Source: Shigella phage ESh29. Taken from it: 64,000 nucleotides of DNA. Where the stretch lies: sequence record ON528739. One strand, written 5' to 3'. The notes below the pieces were generated by a model that saw nothing but the letters and a program-made list of their open reading frames with translations, ran no database searches and was not told where the DNA came from. Position numbers and translations under genes: made by a program. Positions 30,713 through 43,200 of this stretch are shown here, piece after piece; position 1 is the first letter of the stretch; each line of letters opens with the position of its first letter.

Positions 30713-32976
30713 TACAATTTACACGCTGCACAATCGTCGGCTTTAGGAGTTTCTATTTCATAATCATCAGTACCAGAACCATCACGGGTATTATGATAAT
30801 AGAAATTTTTAATGCCATAATACCATCCGTATAACATGTCATCAATCATTATTGACATTGGAACCTTTCCTTTTGGAAAAATCTGCGGGTCATAGTATGT
30901 ATTCGCTGAAGCTGATTGACATACCCATTTCAGCATAATAGCTACCTGCGTAAGATAAGGTTTATTACCTTTCTTAGCTAATTTCCACGTATAATCATAT
31001 AGGTCTATGTTATGCTCAATATTGGGCACGACTTGATTAAAGGAGCCCTCTTTTGATTCTTTAACAGAGACTGGTCCACGTGGAGGCTCGATACCGTTTG
31101 TACTGTTAGAAACTTGGGAAGATGACTCACATGGCATAAGTGCTGATAATGTGCTATTACGGATGCCAAAGAGCTTAAGGTCTTCCCGCAGCGCCGACCA
31201 GTCACAAACGTATTTTGGAGATGCGATTTGGTCAATCTTTTTATTGTACCAGTCGATAGGTAATTCGCCTCGAGACCAACGAGTGTCTGAATAATATTCG
31301 CAAGGTCCTTTTTCTTTTGCGAGCTTAATGGATGCTTTAATGAGTCCATACTGTAATCTCTCAAATAGTTCATGTGTTAAATCATTAGCATCTTCATAAG
31401 AAGCAAAGTTACTTGCCAGCCAAGCTGCATAGTTGGTAACACCTACACCGAGGTTACGACGCTTTTTAGCTTTTTCTGCTTCAGGAACTGGATATCCTTG
31501 GTAATCCAACAGATTATCAAGAGCACGAACTTGAACTTCTGCCAATTCATTAATTTTATCTTGGTCTTGCCAGTCAAAATTATCTAGTACGAATGCAGAG
31601 AGAGTACACAATCCAATTTCAGCATCAGGACTATTCACATCATTTGTTGGAATAGCAATTTCACAGCACAAGTTACTCTGGCGAATAGGTGCCTTTTCAC
31701 GAATAAACGGAGTATAGTTATTCGTATTATCAATGAACTGCACATAAATCCTTGCTGTTCCTGAGCGTTCAGTCATGAGTAATTCAAACAGTTCACGGGC
31801 TTTAATACGCTTTTTACGAATATTAGGGTCTTTTTCTGCGGCTTCGTATAATTCACGGAAACGGTCTTGGTCTTTAAAATAAGAATAATAAAGCTCGCCA
31901 CCCATTTCATGCGGACTGAACAAAGTAATGTAATCGTTCTTTCCAAAACGTTCCATCATCAAATCATTCAGCTGAACACCATAATCCATATGACGAATGC
32001 GGTTTTCTTCTACGCCTTTGTTATTTTTCAAAACGAGAAGATTTTCAACTTCCAAATGCCAAATAGGATAATAAGAAGTAGCAGCGCCGCCACGAATTCC
32101 ACCCTGTGAACATGATTTAACTGCAGTCTGAAAATGTTTCCAAAAAGGAATAACACCAGTATGACGCACTTCACCCATTCCAATCTTAGAACCTTCGGCA
32201 CGAATCATACCAACGTTAATACCAATTCCAGCGCGTTTGGAGATATATTCAACAATTGAAGCAGAAGCCTTATTGATAGACTTTAATGAATCACCTGCTT
32301 CAATAACAACGCATGAACTAAACTGCCGAGTCGGAGTACGGCAACCAGCCATAATAGGAGTTGGCAGTGAAATCTGTCGAGTAGATACTGCTTCATAAAA
32401 ACGAATAACATGTTTTAATCTATCAACAGGTTCATCTTGATGCAATGCCATTCCAATAGTCATAAATGCAAACTGCGGAGTTTCATAAATTTGACCAGTG
32501 GTTTTATCTTTAACTAGATATTTTTCTTTTAATTGCATCGCCCCGGAATAAGTAAATTCCATATCCCGTTCGTGCTTAATTTTTGATTCTAAAAATGTAA
32601 TTTCTTCAGCAGAATATTTTGACAACAGTTCAGGGTCATATTTACCTTCATTTACACAGTAAGAAATATGGTCAATAAATGAACGTGGTTCATACTGCCC
32701 GTAAACATGTTTACGAAGAGCGAACATTAAACAGCGTGCAGCTACATATTGGTAATCAGGCTCTTCAACTGAAATAGAATTCGCAGCAGCCTTAATTACA
32801 ATAGTTTGAATGTCATCAGTTGTCATTCCATCACGGAGATATGATTTAATATTTTCATATAATTCATAAGGATCTACAGATGTTCCTTCAGCTGCCCAAG
32901 ATAAAACTTTAATAATTTTTTGCGGGTCAAAGCTCTGAGAAACACCACTACTTTTGATAACATTAATTAATTGCAT
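30712..32976 (-). CDS. nrdA: Ribonucleotide reductase large subunit, 754 aa
   Basis: Class I RNR alpha features (ATP-cone N-terminus, C-terminal CAACKL tail); T4 NrdA length. Confidence 0.95.
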   Translation of the reverse strand: MQLINVIKSSGVSQSFDPQKIIKVLSWAAEGTSVDPYELYENIKSYLRDGMTTDDIQTIVIKAAANSISVEEPDYQYVAARCLMFALRKHVYGQYEPRSFIDHISYCVNEGKYDPELLSKYSAEEITFLESKIKHERDMEFTYSGAMQLKEKYLVKDKTTGQIYETPQFAFMTIGMALHQDEPVDRLKHVIRFYEAVSTRQISLPTPIMAGCRTPTRQFSSCVVIEAGDSLKSINKASASIVEYISKRAGIGINVGMIRAEGSKIGMGEVRHTGVIPFWKHFQTAVKSCSQGGIRGGAATSYYPIWHLEVENLLVLKNNKGVEENRIRHMDYGVQLNDLMMERFGKNDYITLFSPHEMGGELYYSYFKDQDRFRELYEAAEKDPNIRKKRIKARELFELLMTERSGTARIYVQFIDNTNNYTPFIREKAPIRQSNLCCEIAIPTNDVNSPDAEIGLCTLSAFVLDNFDWQDQDKINELAEVQVRALDNLLDYQGYPVPEAEKAKKRRNLGVGVTNYAAWLASNFASYEDANDLTHELFERLQYGLIKASIKLAKEKGPCEYYSDTRWSRGELPIDWYNKKIDQIASPKYVCDWSALREDLKLFGIRNSTLSALMPCESSSQVSNSTNGIEPPRGPVSVKESKEGSFNQVVPNIEHNIDLYDYTWKLAKKGNKPYLTQVAIMLKWVCQSASANTYYDPQIFPKGKVPMSIMIDDMLYGWYYGIKNFYYHNTRDGSGTDDYEIETPKADDCAACKL

Positions 32977-33293
32977 AAGTCCTCAACTTGAAAATCGTCT
33001 TTAAACAATCGGTTAACTATATGAGCTATTATATCACCATGACACGGCTTTGGTTTACATGTGCATCCTAGCCTCATTCCACACAAAGGCTCTAAATGTG
33101 CTTTAGTTATTTCTCCGGATTTAATTCGACGTATAAAATCTTTTTTGAATAATTCAATGGCAGCCTCCCGGCTGCCAGCATCTTTACCGACGTAATTTCC
33201 CCAAAATGTACCACGGTGAATATTAACATCAAAGTCGGATTTATATTTATTCACTACCTGACATAGACGGCCGGCGCGGCGATAATTCGTCAT
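32967..33293 (-). CDS. Cys-rich hypothetical protein, 108 aa (nrdA.1 position)
   Basis: ORF between td and nrdA; cysteine cluster [17 protein letters not shown]. Confidence 0.5.
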   Translation of the reverse strand: MTNYRRAGRLCQVVNKYKSDFDVNIHRGTFWGNYVGKDAGSREAAIELFKKDFIRRIKSGEITKAHLEPLCGMRLGCTCKPKPCHGDIIAHIVNRLFKDDFQVEDLCN

Positions 33294-33522
33294 ATTGTTT
33301 TTCCGTTAAAACAGTAATATCATAGTAACAATCTGAAGAAGTTTTAACTGTAGAAATTTTATTATCAAAATACTCACGAGTCATTTTATGAGTATAATAT
33401 TTTTTGCCATAAATGATAATAGGCTGATTTGGTCCTGGAACTTCTAACTCGCTTGGATTAGGAAGTGTAAAAAGAACTACACCAGAAGTATCTTTAAATC
33501 GTAAAATCATATATCCTCGCAA
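33247..33522 (-). CDS. Hypothetical protein, 91 aa (nrdA.2 position)
   Basis: ORF between td and nrdA. Confidence 0.45.
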   Translation of the reverse strand: MRGYMILRFKDTSGVVLFTLPNPSELEVPGPNQPIIIYGKKYYTHKMTREYFDNKISTVKTSSDCYYDITVLTEKQYDELSPRRPSMSGSE

Positions 33523-33533
33523 TTAAATTAAAA

Positions 33534-34393
33534 TTATACCGCCATTTTTCCTTTCAAGACACCGTGGGACTGATAATCTTTGAGAACGAAATCTTTAGGC
33601 CTGAGTTTAAGAACATATTCCAATTGTTCTTTAGTAGAAAGATAGCGGAATTTATAAGGCAATCCGCCTATTACCAGTTCACAAAGCTCTTTAGGTTCAC
33701 GACGTAAAATTTCTTTACATTGTTCTACGTGATTCATATAGATATGAGTATTACCGCCAGAAAATATCAAATCTCCAGGAATAAGATTACACATCTTAGC
33801 TACAATATGAACTAACGCAGCATATGATGCAATATTAAATGGAAGACCAAGAAAAACATCTACTGATCGTTGATACCACTGCAAATCCAAATAGCCATTA
33901 CGCACATTAAACTGATAGAACATATGACAAGGCGGTAATGCCATATATTTAAGTTCAGCTGGATTCCACGCAGAAACAATTTGTCGCCTATCATTCGGCA
34001 GTTTTTTAATACGATCAATAACTTCTACAATTTGGTCTACACCGCCAAAATCACGCCATTGTTTTCCATAAATTGGACCAAGTTCACCGCTATGGTATCC
34101 TAAATCTTTTGCTTGATTTTCGTAATTTTCATCCCAGACTGTTTTGCCTTGAATTAATGAATCATGCTGAATTAATCGTAAATCATTGACATTTGTGCTT
34201 CCCGATAAAAACCATATTAGCTCAGCAATGCAAGCTTTCCAGGCAAGCTTCTTAGTCGTTACTGCAGGAAAACCTTTAGTTAAATCCCAGCGTAATTTAG
34301 TACCGAACAAAGCAATTGTTCCTGTGCCTGTTCGGTCATCGGTTTCATAACCGTTTTCCAGGATATCTTTAATTAAAAATTGGTATTGTTTCA

Positions 34394-34394
<1 letters not shown>
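33534..34394 (-). CDS. td: Thymidylate synthase, 286 aa, uninterrupted
   Basis: Sequence recognised as T4 Td including the active-site region (LPPCH); start set at MKQYQ; continuous ORF. Confidence 0.95.
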
Positions 34395-35422
<1,028 letters not shown>

Positions 35423-35426
<4 letters not shown>

Positions 35427-35782
35427 ATTATCTCCAATTGAAAAGGGTCATGAGCATATCCGCTAGCGTCAATCATTTTAACTAAAGTTACCATTCCTCT
35501 GTTAACTGCTTGCGCGATTTCATCAAAAACTTCGTCACTATCATCGTAAAGGTCATTAAAAAGTTCTAATACGTTCTTCTGAACTTTTAATTTACGGCCG
35601 ACAATTTCGCCTACAGTAAATTCGTTTCCGCCAAATCCACCGAAAAACTTAATTACACCAGTTAACTGGCTTTCACGGGAATCTATGTCGTATGATAAAT
35701 TAATAAAAGCCGTCCCAGGCGCGGTTTTAAGTTGGCAACGAATTTTTACTTGGGTAATTCCAGTTATATGAATGTTAGACAT
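35423..35782 (-). CDS. Hypothetical protein, 119 aa
   Basis: ORF upstream of frd. Confidence 0.45.
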
Positions 35783-35792
35783 AATATTTTTC

Positions 35793-36035
35793 TCAAACAG
35801 ACTTTTTCACAATTTTCCAATCAGCTTTAAACTGATCAACATCAGAATGATAAATCCAGAATCCTGCGCTTTCTCCATCCTCATAAAGAGGGCATCCATC
35901 GCATTCATCTTCCCATCCCATATCACGTAAAAGATGTTCAGCTTTTTCAACAAGTTCAGAATCTTTACCGATGATATTAAAATACCATTTACCTCTAACT
36001 TCTGAATCTTTAATACTCTGACGTTGTAATCTCAT
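35793..36035 (-). CDS. Hypothetical protein, 80 aa
   Basis: ORF with AGGAGAAT RBS. Confidence 0.45.
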   Translation of the reverse strand: MRLQRQSIKDSEVRGKWYFNIIGKDSELVEKAEHLLRDMGWEDECDGCPLYEDGESAGFWIYHSDVDQFKADWKIVKKSV

Positions 36036-36144
36036 TTTATTCTCCTTAGCAAGCTTTAATCAAAAGGTATAAGCAAACTAACATAACTACTGCCATAATA
36101 TAAGGTGCGAACATTTTCTTTTCTCCATTAGTTTTGATAGGGTA

Positions 36145-36174
36145 ATAGTATCACACTACTACCCTTCTGTAAAC
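36145..36174 (-). promoter_or_regulatory. Early-promoter-like element (GTTTAC, 18-nt spacer, TACTAT), minus strand
   Basis: Minus-strand GTTTAC at 36169-36174 and TACTAT at 36145-36150. Confidence 0.5.
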
Positions 36175-36554
36175 TACTTTTTGAAAGTTTTTCGCAAAAG
36201 TTCAATGATTTCGTCTACATTGTTTTCGTCAACAATGCAATGAATTTTTGTTACGCCAGAAACCTTGTCTTTGACTTCATCTTCTTCAGAAGTCGGTTCT
36301 TTATACTCACGAAAACAATGAAATTCATCTTCGCAAATTTCTAAAAGTCTATCTTTGAGGTAAAAATGTTTTCCATTTGCGCATTCAATGTGTTTTACTG
36401 CTTTAAATCCATTAGCAAAGAAAACTTCTTTAACTTCAAACCACCCGCCATTTTCTCGAATAATTTTAACTATTGACGCGTTGGATCGTGGGCTATAATT
36501 AATAAATGTATCAATAAGTCTTGGAACAAGTTCATACTTTTTGCCAATATACAT
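36174..36554 (-). CDS. Hypothetical protein, 126 aa
   Basis: ORF between gene 32 and the frd-upstream array. Confidence 0.45.
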   Translation of the reverse strand: MYIGKKYELVPRLIDTFINYSPRSNASIVKIIRENGGWFEVKEVFFANGFKAVKHIECANGKHFYLKDRLLEICEDEFHCFREYKEPTSEEDEVKDKVSGVTKIHCIVDENNVDEIIELLRKTFKK

Positions 36555-36598
36555 TACGTTTTCCTCATTTTAACGGGGCTATAATAGCCCCTTGATAA

Positions 36599-36826
36599 TT
36601 ATTGTTCAATCAGTCCCATGTAAAATTCTGCGTCTTCAGAATCCATACCATCACAATATTCATTGGCCATAAAGCGGGTGAGGTCTTCAAGAGGACCTTC
36701 AATAACGATTTGAATACTCCAAAACTTAGAATCTTGTACGCTTGTGATACTAAGTTCAGGATAACGATTACGAATAATTTCTTCAATATATTCAAAATCA
36801 ACGATGTCAATATCAACTTTAGCCAT
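36599..36826 (-). CDS. Hypothetical acidic protein, 75 aa
   Basis: Start set at the second ATG (MAKVDIDIV), which has an AAAGAGGAAAA RBS; track ORF 36599-36847. Confidence 0.45.
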   Translation of the reverse strand: MAKVDIDIVDFEYIEEIIRNRYPELSITSVQDSKFWSIQIVIEGPLEDLTRFMANEYCDGMDSEDAEFYMGLIEQ

Positions 36827-36869
36827 ATTATTTTCCTCTTTAATCATCAGCAGTATTGCCGATAGTTGT

Positions 36870-36899
36870 ATAGTACCACAGTCCTTGTGGTATGTAAAC
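36870..36899 (-). promoter_or_regulatory. Early-promoter cassette with ACCACA...TGTGGT dyad in the spacer, minus strand
   Basis: Minus-strand GTTTAC at 36894-36899, TACTAT at 36870-36875, A/T-rich upstream region; about 50 nt identical to the copy at 56997-57047. Confidence 0.55.
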
Positions 36900-36920
36900 C
36901 GTTTTGTGAAAAAATTTTTG

Positions 36921-36949
36921 AAATAAAAAAGGGGACCTCTAGGGTCCCC
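36921..36949 (-). terminator. Rho-independent terminator after gene 32 (minus strand)
   Basis: GGGGACC...GGTCCCC hairpin followed by TTTTTTATTT on the minus strand. Confidence 0.7.
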
Positions 36950-36971
36950 AATTAATTAGTAATATAATCTA

Positions 36972-37880
36972 TTAAAGGTCATTCAAAAGGTCATCCAGGT
37001 CTGTGTCATCAGCACTAGATGAACTGCCAGAGCTTGAGCTCATAAAATCATCTTCAGTTTTTGTATTGAAGTCATCAACATTGAATGCATCCAAATCATC
37101 AGCAACTTTATCAGCTTTCTTAGCGGCAGTCGCTGCGGCACCACCCATAGCAGCAGTTCCCATAACTTGACTGAACTTAGTGCTCAGTTCTTCAAACGAT
37201 TTGAATTTGTCTTTAGAAGTCATTTCAGAAAGGTCAACCATTTGTTCGAACAGTTCTTTCTGGAAAGATTCATCGTCAATGTTTGGAATCGCAGATTGAT
37301 TCAGGAATTTAGATTCGTCGTAGTTACTAAAACCAGAAACTTGTTTAACTTTCAGTACAAAGTTAGCACCTTCCCACGGACAAGTTACATCAACCGGAGT
37401 TTCACCCATTTCAACATCAACTGCAATCATTGCGTTGATTTTATCCCAGATTTTCTTACCGAAACGGTATTTAAATACTTTACCTTCGTTTTCTGGAGCA
37501 GCTGGGTCTTTTACAACAAGAATGTTAGCCCAGTAAGAAGTTTTACGTTTAACAAGACCGTACTCTTTATTGTCAGTGTTGTACAGATCATTTTTACTGA
37601 TATACTGACATACTGGACAAGAATCGTAATCACCGTGGGTAGATGAACAGTTTTCAATATACCATTTACCATTTTTCTTGAAACCGTGATTTACAAGAAT
37701 TGCGAATGGTGCTTGTTCATCATTTTTAGACGGAAGAAAACGAATTACTGCTTGACCGTTACCCGCATTGTCGAGTTTCAGTTTCCACTCGCCTTTATCT
37801 TCAGAAGAAAAACCACCTTTATTTCCAGCCAGTTTAGCCATTTGTGCAGCGAGTTCAGCAGTAGATTTACGTTTAAACAT
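36972..37880 (-). CDS. 32: Single-stranded DNA-binding protein gp32, 302 aa
   Basis: Sequence recognised as T4 gp32, including the acidic Ser/Asp-rich C-terminus. Confidence 0.95.
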   Translation of the reverse strand: MFKRKSTAELAAQMAKLAGNKGGFSSEDKGEWKLKLDNAGNGQAVIRFLPSKNDEQAPFAILVNHGFKKNGKWYIENCSSTHGDYDSCPVCQYISKNDLYNTDNKEYGLVKRKTSYWANILVVKDPAAPENEGKVFKYRFGKKIWDKINAMIAVDVEMGETPVDVTCPWEGANFVLKVKQVSGFSNYDESKFLNQSAIPNIDDESFQKELFEQMVDLSEMTSKDKFKSFEELSTKFSQVMGTAAMGGAAATAAKKADKVADDLDAFNVDDFNTKTEDDFMSSSSGSSSSADDTDLDDLLNDL

Positions 37881-37979
37881 TTTTATTTCCTTTTTAATTT
37901 AATTAACAGTTGGTGCTATGACGATGTATGACCTCATAGCTGGTCAGTGAGATAATTATAATCTATTTATAATAAGCAA

Positions 37980-38633
37980 TTAATACTTACAAGATTTCAC
38001 AGTTTCAATGAAAACTTTTTTAGCTTCCTGCGAATCGATATTTAAAATTTTTCTATAAGCCTTTAACTTTATAGAATAATTGTTCCAAACTAAATTATCA
38101 GTCTGTTCATCATGTTTATCGATTATATTTAAAAACGAATCAAGCAAGATAAACGTCTCAAACGAAATTATATTCGATTGAAGTAGTTTAAAAATATAAC
38201 TTGATTGGACTTTTGGATTATACTCAAAGATTTCTTTAAAAGCAGAAACTTCAACTTTTTTACTAAAATAATAAATGTTGCGAATATCTTCTTCAAACTT
38301 AAATTTAATTTGCTTTAAGCGTCCGATATATTCACGATAAAACACAAGTGCATCAGCGTCAGAGATATCACCAATCCAAGCATCTTGGTTAGCAACAAGA
38401 TTGCTTATAAAGATTAAAGCAAGTTCCTTTAATTTATATTTTTCTGATAACTTCTGGAAAAAATACTTATCCCTTCGCTTTTGATAAGCGGCATCAGACA
38501 CCCGCATGCACCAATTATACTTAATAACATCATACTTTCCATTCATATGCTGTTTTATCATTAAGTATAATTTATAAACTGATTTACCATCAATGTATCT
38601 TTCACCACCAGCAGGCATGCGGAGTTTAATCAT
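37980..38633 (-). CDS. 59: Helicase-loading protein gp59, 217 aa
   Basis: Sequence and length recognised as T4 gp59. Confidence 0.9.
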   Translation of the reverse strand: MIKLRMPAGGERYIDGKSVYKLYLMIKQHMNGKYDVIKYNWCMRVSDAAYQKRRDKYFFQKLSEKYKLKELALIFISNLVANQDAWIGDISDADALVFYREYIGRLKQIKFKFEEDIRNIYYFSKKVEVSAFKEIFEYNPKVQSSYIFKLLQSNIISFETFILLDSFLNIIDKHDEQTDNLVWNNYSIKLKAYRKILNIDSQEAKKVFIETVKSCKY

Positions 38634-38968
38634 AGCAGAAAATCTAATGTATTAGTTTTTTCACAACGAACAACAGAAGGACGTAAAAGATTTTCGTCAA
38701 TAGCTTCTGACTGAATTTTTTCAATTATACCCGAAGGAATAAATTTAGCAAATTGAGTTTCAGGAATAGAATTTTCTTCCAAGAATGCTGTCGTAGCTTC
38801 AAGATAACTCATTCCAAACTCTTCTACCATTTTTTCAATAATAAATCCATTTTCTTGGCGGTCAAGAAGCTTTGCAATTTCATCCTTTTCTTTCTTAATT
38901 GAAAGTTCTTTTTCTGAAAGACCGGTCTCATCGACCGGACGAATATCATTTAGAGAAAACTGTGTCAT
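38630..38968 (-). CDS. 33: Late transcription co-activator gp33, 112 aa
   Basis: Start set at MTQF (track ORF begins 3 codons earlier); synteny 59-33-dsbA. Confidence 0.8.
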   Translation of the reverse strand: MTQFSLNDIRPVDETGLSEKELSIKKEKDEIAKLLDRQENGFIIEKMVEEFGMSYLEATTAFLEENSIPETQFAKFIPSGIIEKIQSEAIDENLLRPSVVRCEKTNTLDFLL

Positions 38969-39215
38969 AAAGTTCAACTACCTCTTCAGTTTCAGCTTCA
39001 AACACATCACGGTTATCTTTATGATACAAAGCTAACAGACGATTAAACATCTTACCATCAACGCCAAGTTCATCTTTGGCACGAATTCGAATATCTTTAA
39101 TCAATTCATTATAACCAGAAATTTTCAGTTTATGATCAGATGCTTCTTTAATAAATTTAGCCAAGTCTTCACCATGGATAGCTTCATCAAATTCAACCAT
39201 TTCTTTTTTAGCCAT
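38946..39215 (-). CDS. dsbA: Double-stranded DNA-binding protein DsbA, 89 aa
   Basis: 89 aa; synteny. Confidence 0.8.
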   Translation of the reverse strand: MAKKEMVEFDEAIHGEDLAKFIKEASDHKLKISGYNELIKDIRIRAKDELGVDGKMFNRLLALYHKDNRDVFEAETEEVVELYDTVFSK

Positions 39216-39223
39216 TATTCACC

Positions 39224-40141
39224 TCAAAATTCATTAATGCTATTAGTTAATTTAGAAAGACCCGCTTTTACAAAATATGAATAAATTTTGCCACGCGGTG
39301 GTAATTTATATGAATTATAGTAATTCACAATGTTTGAAGCAATATTATCAGGAATATAATCAAAATCAATTAGAACTAAATTTTCTTTATAACGATTATA
39401 TTCAGATTCTGTGAGAAGCACCTTAGCTTGCTCACGGTCATTAGCAATAGCTTCAACAATAGAGGTTTTCATTGAAGGAGTTCGTTCACCTTCAACTCTA
39501 GTAAACCAAAAGTCAGATCGTACTTTAACTGAAGCAACGTTATCCTTTTTGTCGCCTTTAAGGATTTTAGTCATACAGTCAATTTCAGCAGAACCGCTTT
39601 TAATTTTAACCCATTTCTTGTGCATCGGTGACCATTGCTTAACATTTGGGTATTTGTGAAGTTGAGTAAAGTCACCATCCGACGAAATGATTAAAATCTT
39701 GTGTCCTTCTAAAGAGAACTTTTTAACAAGAACAGCGATATGATCATCTGCTTCATACTTATCAATATCCATAACGATGTATGGCATATAAGCTTTCAAT
39801 TCATCTATAACTTTATGACTGGATTCAAAATAACCTTCCCAGTCCCAAGTAGATTCTTCTCGTGCTTTTCCGCGGTTTTTCTTATAATAATAAGCGAAAT
39901 CACGACGCCAGTATCCAGATTTCGCGTTATCAATACACAATACAATTTTAGTGTATCCAAGGGTTTTTGCTTTTTTAACATTGAACTTAATTGAGTTCAA
40001 TATCAAATGACGAACCATTGATAAATTAATTTTTTCTTTATCTGGGAAGTTTACCAGAGCAGTTGAAAGCGCAATCTGACTAAAGTCAATAAAGCAAATT
40101 CCTTCTTTGTAATCTTCATCCAGCATCATTTCTAAATCCAT
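39224..40141 (-). CDS. rnh: RNase H (5'-3' exonuclease, FEN-like), 305 aa
   Basis: Start set at MDLEMM (track ORF begins 5 codons earlier); synteny. Confidence 0.85.
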   Translation of the reverse strand: MDLEMMLDEDYKEGICFIDFSQIALSTALVNFPDKEKINLSMVRHLILNSIKFNVKKAKTLGYTKIVLCIDNAKSGYWRRDFAYYYKKNRGKAREESTWDWEGYFESSHKVIDELKAYMPYIVMDIDKYEADDHIAVLVKKFSLEGHKILIISSDGDFTQLHKYPNVKQWSPMHKKWVKIKSGSAEIDCMTKILKGDKKDNVASVKVRSDFWFTRVEGERTPSMKTSIVEAIANDREQAKVLLTESEYNRYKENLVLIDFDYIPDNIASNIVNYYNSYKLPPRGKIYSYFVKAGLSKLTNSINEF

Positions 40142-40170
40142 ATGAACCTCGTTCAATTAGTGAGATTTCT

Positions 40171-40200
40171 ATTATATACTATCTAAATCTTAAAGTAAAC
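40171..40200 (-). promoter_or_regulatory. Early-promoter-like element (GTTTAC, 18-nt spacer, TATAAT) for rnh
   Basis: Minus-strand GTTTAC at 40195-40200 and TATAAT at 40171-40176. Confidence 0.55.
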
Positions 40201-40203
40201 AGG

Positions 40204-40211
40204 TATAAATA
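40204..40211 (+). promoter_or_regulatory. Late promoter TATAAATA upstream of gene 34
   Basis: Exact TATAAATA 34 nt upstream of the gp34 ATG. Confidence 0.6.
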
Positions 40212-40245
40212 CTTATTATTGAAAACACAATAGGAGCCCGGGAGA

Positions 40246-43200
40246 ATGGCCGAGATTAAAAGAAAGTTCAGAGCAGAAGATGGTCTGGACGCAGGTGGCG
40301 ATAAAATAATCAACGTAGCTTTAGCTGATCGTACCGTAGGAACTGACGGTGTTAACGTTGATTACTTAATTCAAGAAAACACAGTTCAACAATATGATCC
40401 AACTCGTGGATATTTAAAAGATTTTGTAATCATTTATAATAATCATTTTTGGGCAGCAACGGATAATATTCCAAAACCTGCTGGAAGTTTTAATAGAATT
40501 CGTTGGAAAGAATTACGTACTGATGCTGTATATACGACCGTATCATCTGGACCATATCAATTAAAATCCGGAGAAGCAATTTCAGTAGATACATCAGTTG
40601 GTAATGACATTGAGTTTACTTTACCACCTTCTCCGCTCGATGGAGAAACAGTAATAATTCAAGATATCGGTGGAAAACCTGGTATAAATCAGGTTAAAAT
40701 AAGTTCTTCAAATCAGAGCATTGTTAATTTTAGAGGTGAACAAGTACGTTCAGTTTTAATGACTCATCCAAAGTCACAGATGATATTCATTTTTAATAAT
40801 CGTTTGTGGCAAATGTATGTTGCTGATTATAGCAGAGAAGCTGCAATTGTTACTCCATCGACTGCATATCAAGCACAATCTAATGATTTTATCGTGCGTA
40901 GATTTACTTCCGCAGCGCCGATTAATATTAAACTTCCGAGATTTGCTAATCATGGCGATATTATTAATTTCGTTGATTTAGATAAATTAAATCCACTTTA
41001 TCATACAATTGTCACGACATATGATGAAACAACTTCAGTACAAGAAGTTGGAACTCATTCCATTGAAGGCCGTACATCGATTGACGGTTTCTTGATGTTT
41101 GATGATAGTGAAAAATTATGGAGATTGTTTGACGGGGATAGTAAAGCACGTTTACGCATTATAACGACTAATTCAAACATTCGTCCAAATGAAGAAGTTA
41201 TGGTATTTGGTGCGAATAACGGAACAGCCCAAACAATTGAGCTTCAGCTTCCAACTGATATTTCTGTTGGTGATACTGTTAAAATTTCCATGAATTACAT
41301 GAGAAAAGGACAAACAGTTAAAATCAAAGCTGCCGGTGAAGATAAAATTGCTTCTTCAGTTCAATTGCTGCAATTCCCAAAACGTTCAGAATATCCGCTT
41401 GAAGCTGAGTGGGTTACAGTTCAAGAATTAGTTTTTAATGGTGAAACTAATTATGTACCAGTTTTGCAACTTGCTTATATAGAAGATTCTGATGGAAAAT
41501 ACTGGGTTGTACAGCAAAACGTTCCAACAGTTGAAAGAGTCGATTCTTTAAATAATTCTACTAGAGCAAGATTAGGCGTAATTGCTTTAGCTACACAAGC
41601 TCAAGCAAATGCTGATTTAGAAAATTCTCCGCAAAAAGAATTGGCAATTACTCCAGAAACGTTAGCTAATCGTACTGCTACTGAAACCCGCAGAGGTATT
41701 GCAAGAATAGCAACTACTGCTCAAGTAAATCAGAACACCACATTCTCTTTTGCAGATGACCTTATCATCACTCCTAAAAAGCTGAATGAAAGAACTGCTA
41801 CAGAAACTCGTAGAGGTGTTGCTGAAATTGCTACGCAGCAGGAAACTAATACAGGTACTGATGATACTACAATCATCACTCCTAAAAAGCTTCAAGCTCG
41901 TCAAGGTTCCGAATCATTATCTGGTATTGTAACTTTTGTATCTACCGCAGGAGCTACTCCAGCTTCTAGTCGTGAATTAAATGGTACGAATGTTTATAAT
42001 AAAAACACTAATAATTTAGTTGTTTCACCTAAAGCTTTGGATCAGTATAAAGCTACTCCAACGCAACAAGGCGCAGTAATTTTAGCAGTTGAAAGTGAAG
42101 TAATTGCTGGACAAAGCCAAGAAGGATGGGCAAATGCGGTTGTAACGCCAGAAACGTTACATAAAAAGACATCAACTGATGCAAGAATTGGTTTAATTGA
42201 AATTGCTACACAAAGTGAAGTTAATACAGGAACTGACTATACTCGTGCAGTCACTCCTAAAACTTTAAATGACCGTAGAGCAACTGAAAGTTTAAGTGGT
42301 ATAGCTGAAATTGCTACGCAAGTTGAATTCGACGCAGGCGTCGACGATACTCGTATCTCTACACCATTAAAAATTAAAACCAGATTTAATAGTACTGATC
42401 GTACTTCTGTTGTTACTCTATCTGGATTAGTTGAATCAGGAACTCTCTGGGACCATTATACCCTTAATATTCTTGAAGCAAATGAGACACAGCGTGGTAC
42501 ACTTCGTGTAGCTACACAAGTTGAAGCTGCTGCAGGAACATTAGATAATGTTTTAATAACTCCTAAAAAGCTTTTAGGTACTAAATCTACCGAATCGCAA
42601 GAAGGTGTTATTAAAGTTGCAACTCAGTCTGAAACTGTGACTGGAACGTCAGCAAATACTGCTGTATCTCCAAAAAATTTAAAATGGATTGTGCAGAGTG
42701 AACCTACTTGGGCAGCAACTACTGCGATAAGGGGCTTTGTTAAAACTTCTTCTGGTTCATTAACGTTTGTTGGTAATGATACGGTAGGTTCAACACAGCC
42801 ATTAGAATCATATGAGAAAAATAGTTATGCAGTATCACCATATGAATTAAATCGCGTATTAGCAAATTATTTGCCATTAAAAGCAAAAGCTGTAGATAGT
42901 AATTTATTAGATGGTCTAGATTCGCTCCAGTTCATTCGTAGGGATATTGCGCAGACGGTTAATGGTTCACTAACCTTAACGCAACAAACGAATCTGAGTG
43001 CCCCTCTTGTATCATCTAGTACTGCTACGTTTGGTGGATCAGTTTCGGCAAATAGTACATTAACTATTTCTAATACTGGAACGGCAACTCGTCTGATTTT
43101 TGAAAAAGGACCTCAAACTGGAACAAACCCGGCTCAAACGATGACTGTCAGAGTGTGGGGAAATCAATTTAGTGGGGAATCAGACACAACACGTTCTACA

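Noticed and set aside
36877-36893. ACCACA...TGTGGT dyad, considered as a dedicated repressor operator
   Set aside because: Its right arm is part of the extended -10 (TGGTA) of the promoter, so the symmetry may be a by-product of promoter conservation. Kept only as a hypothesis in the findings.
37167-37931. Plus-strand ORFs (159 and 81 aa) inside gene 32
   Set aside because: Antisense to the confidently identified gp32 gene; Phe/Asn-rich AT-bias artefacts.
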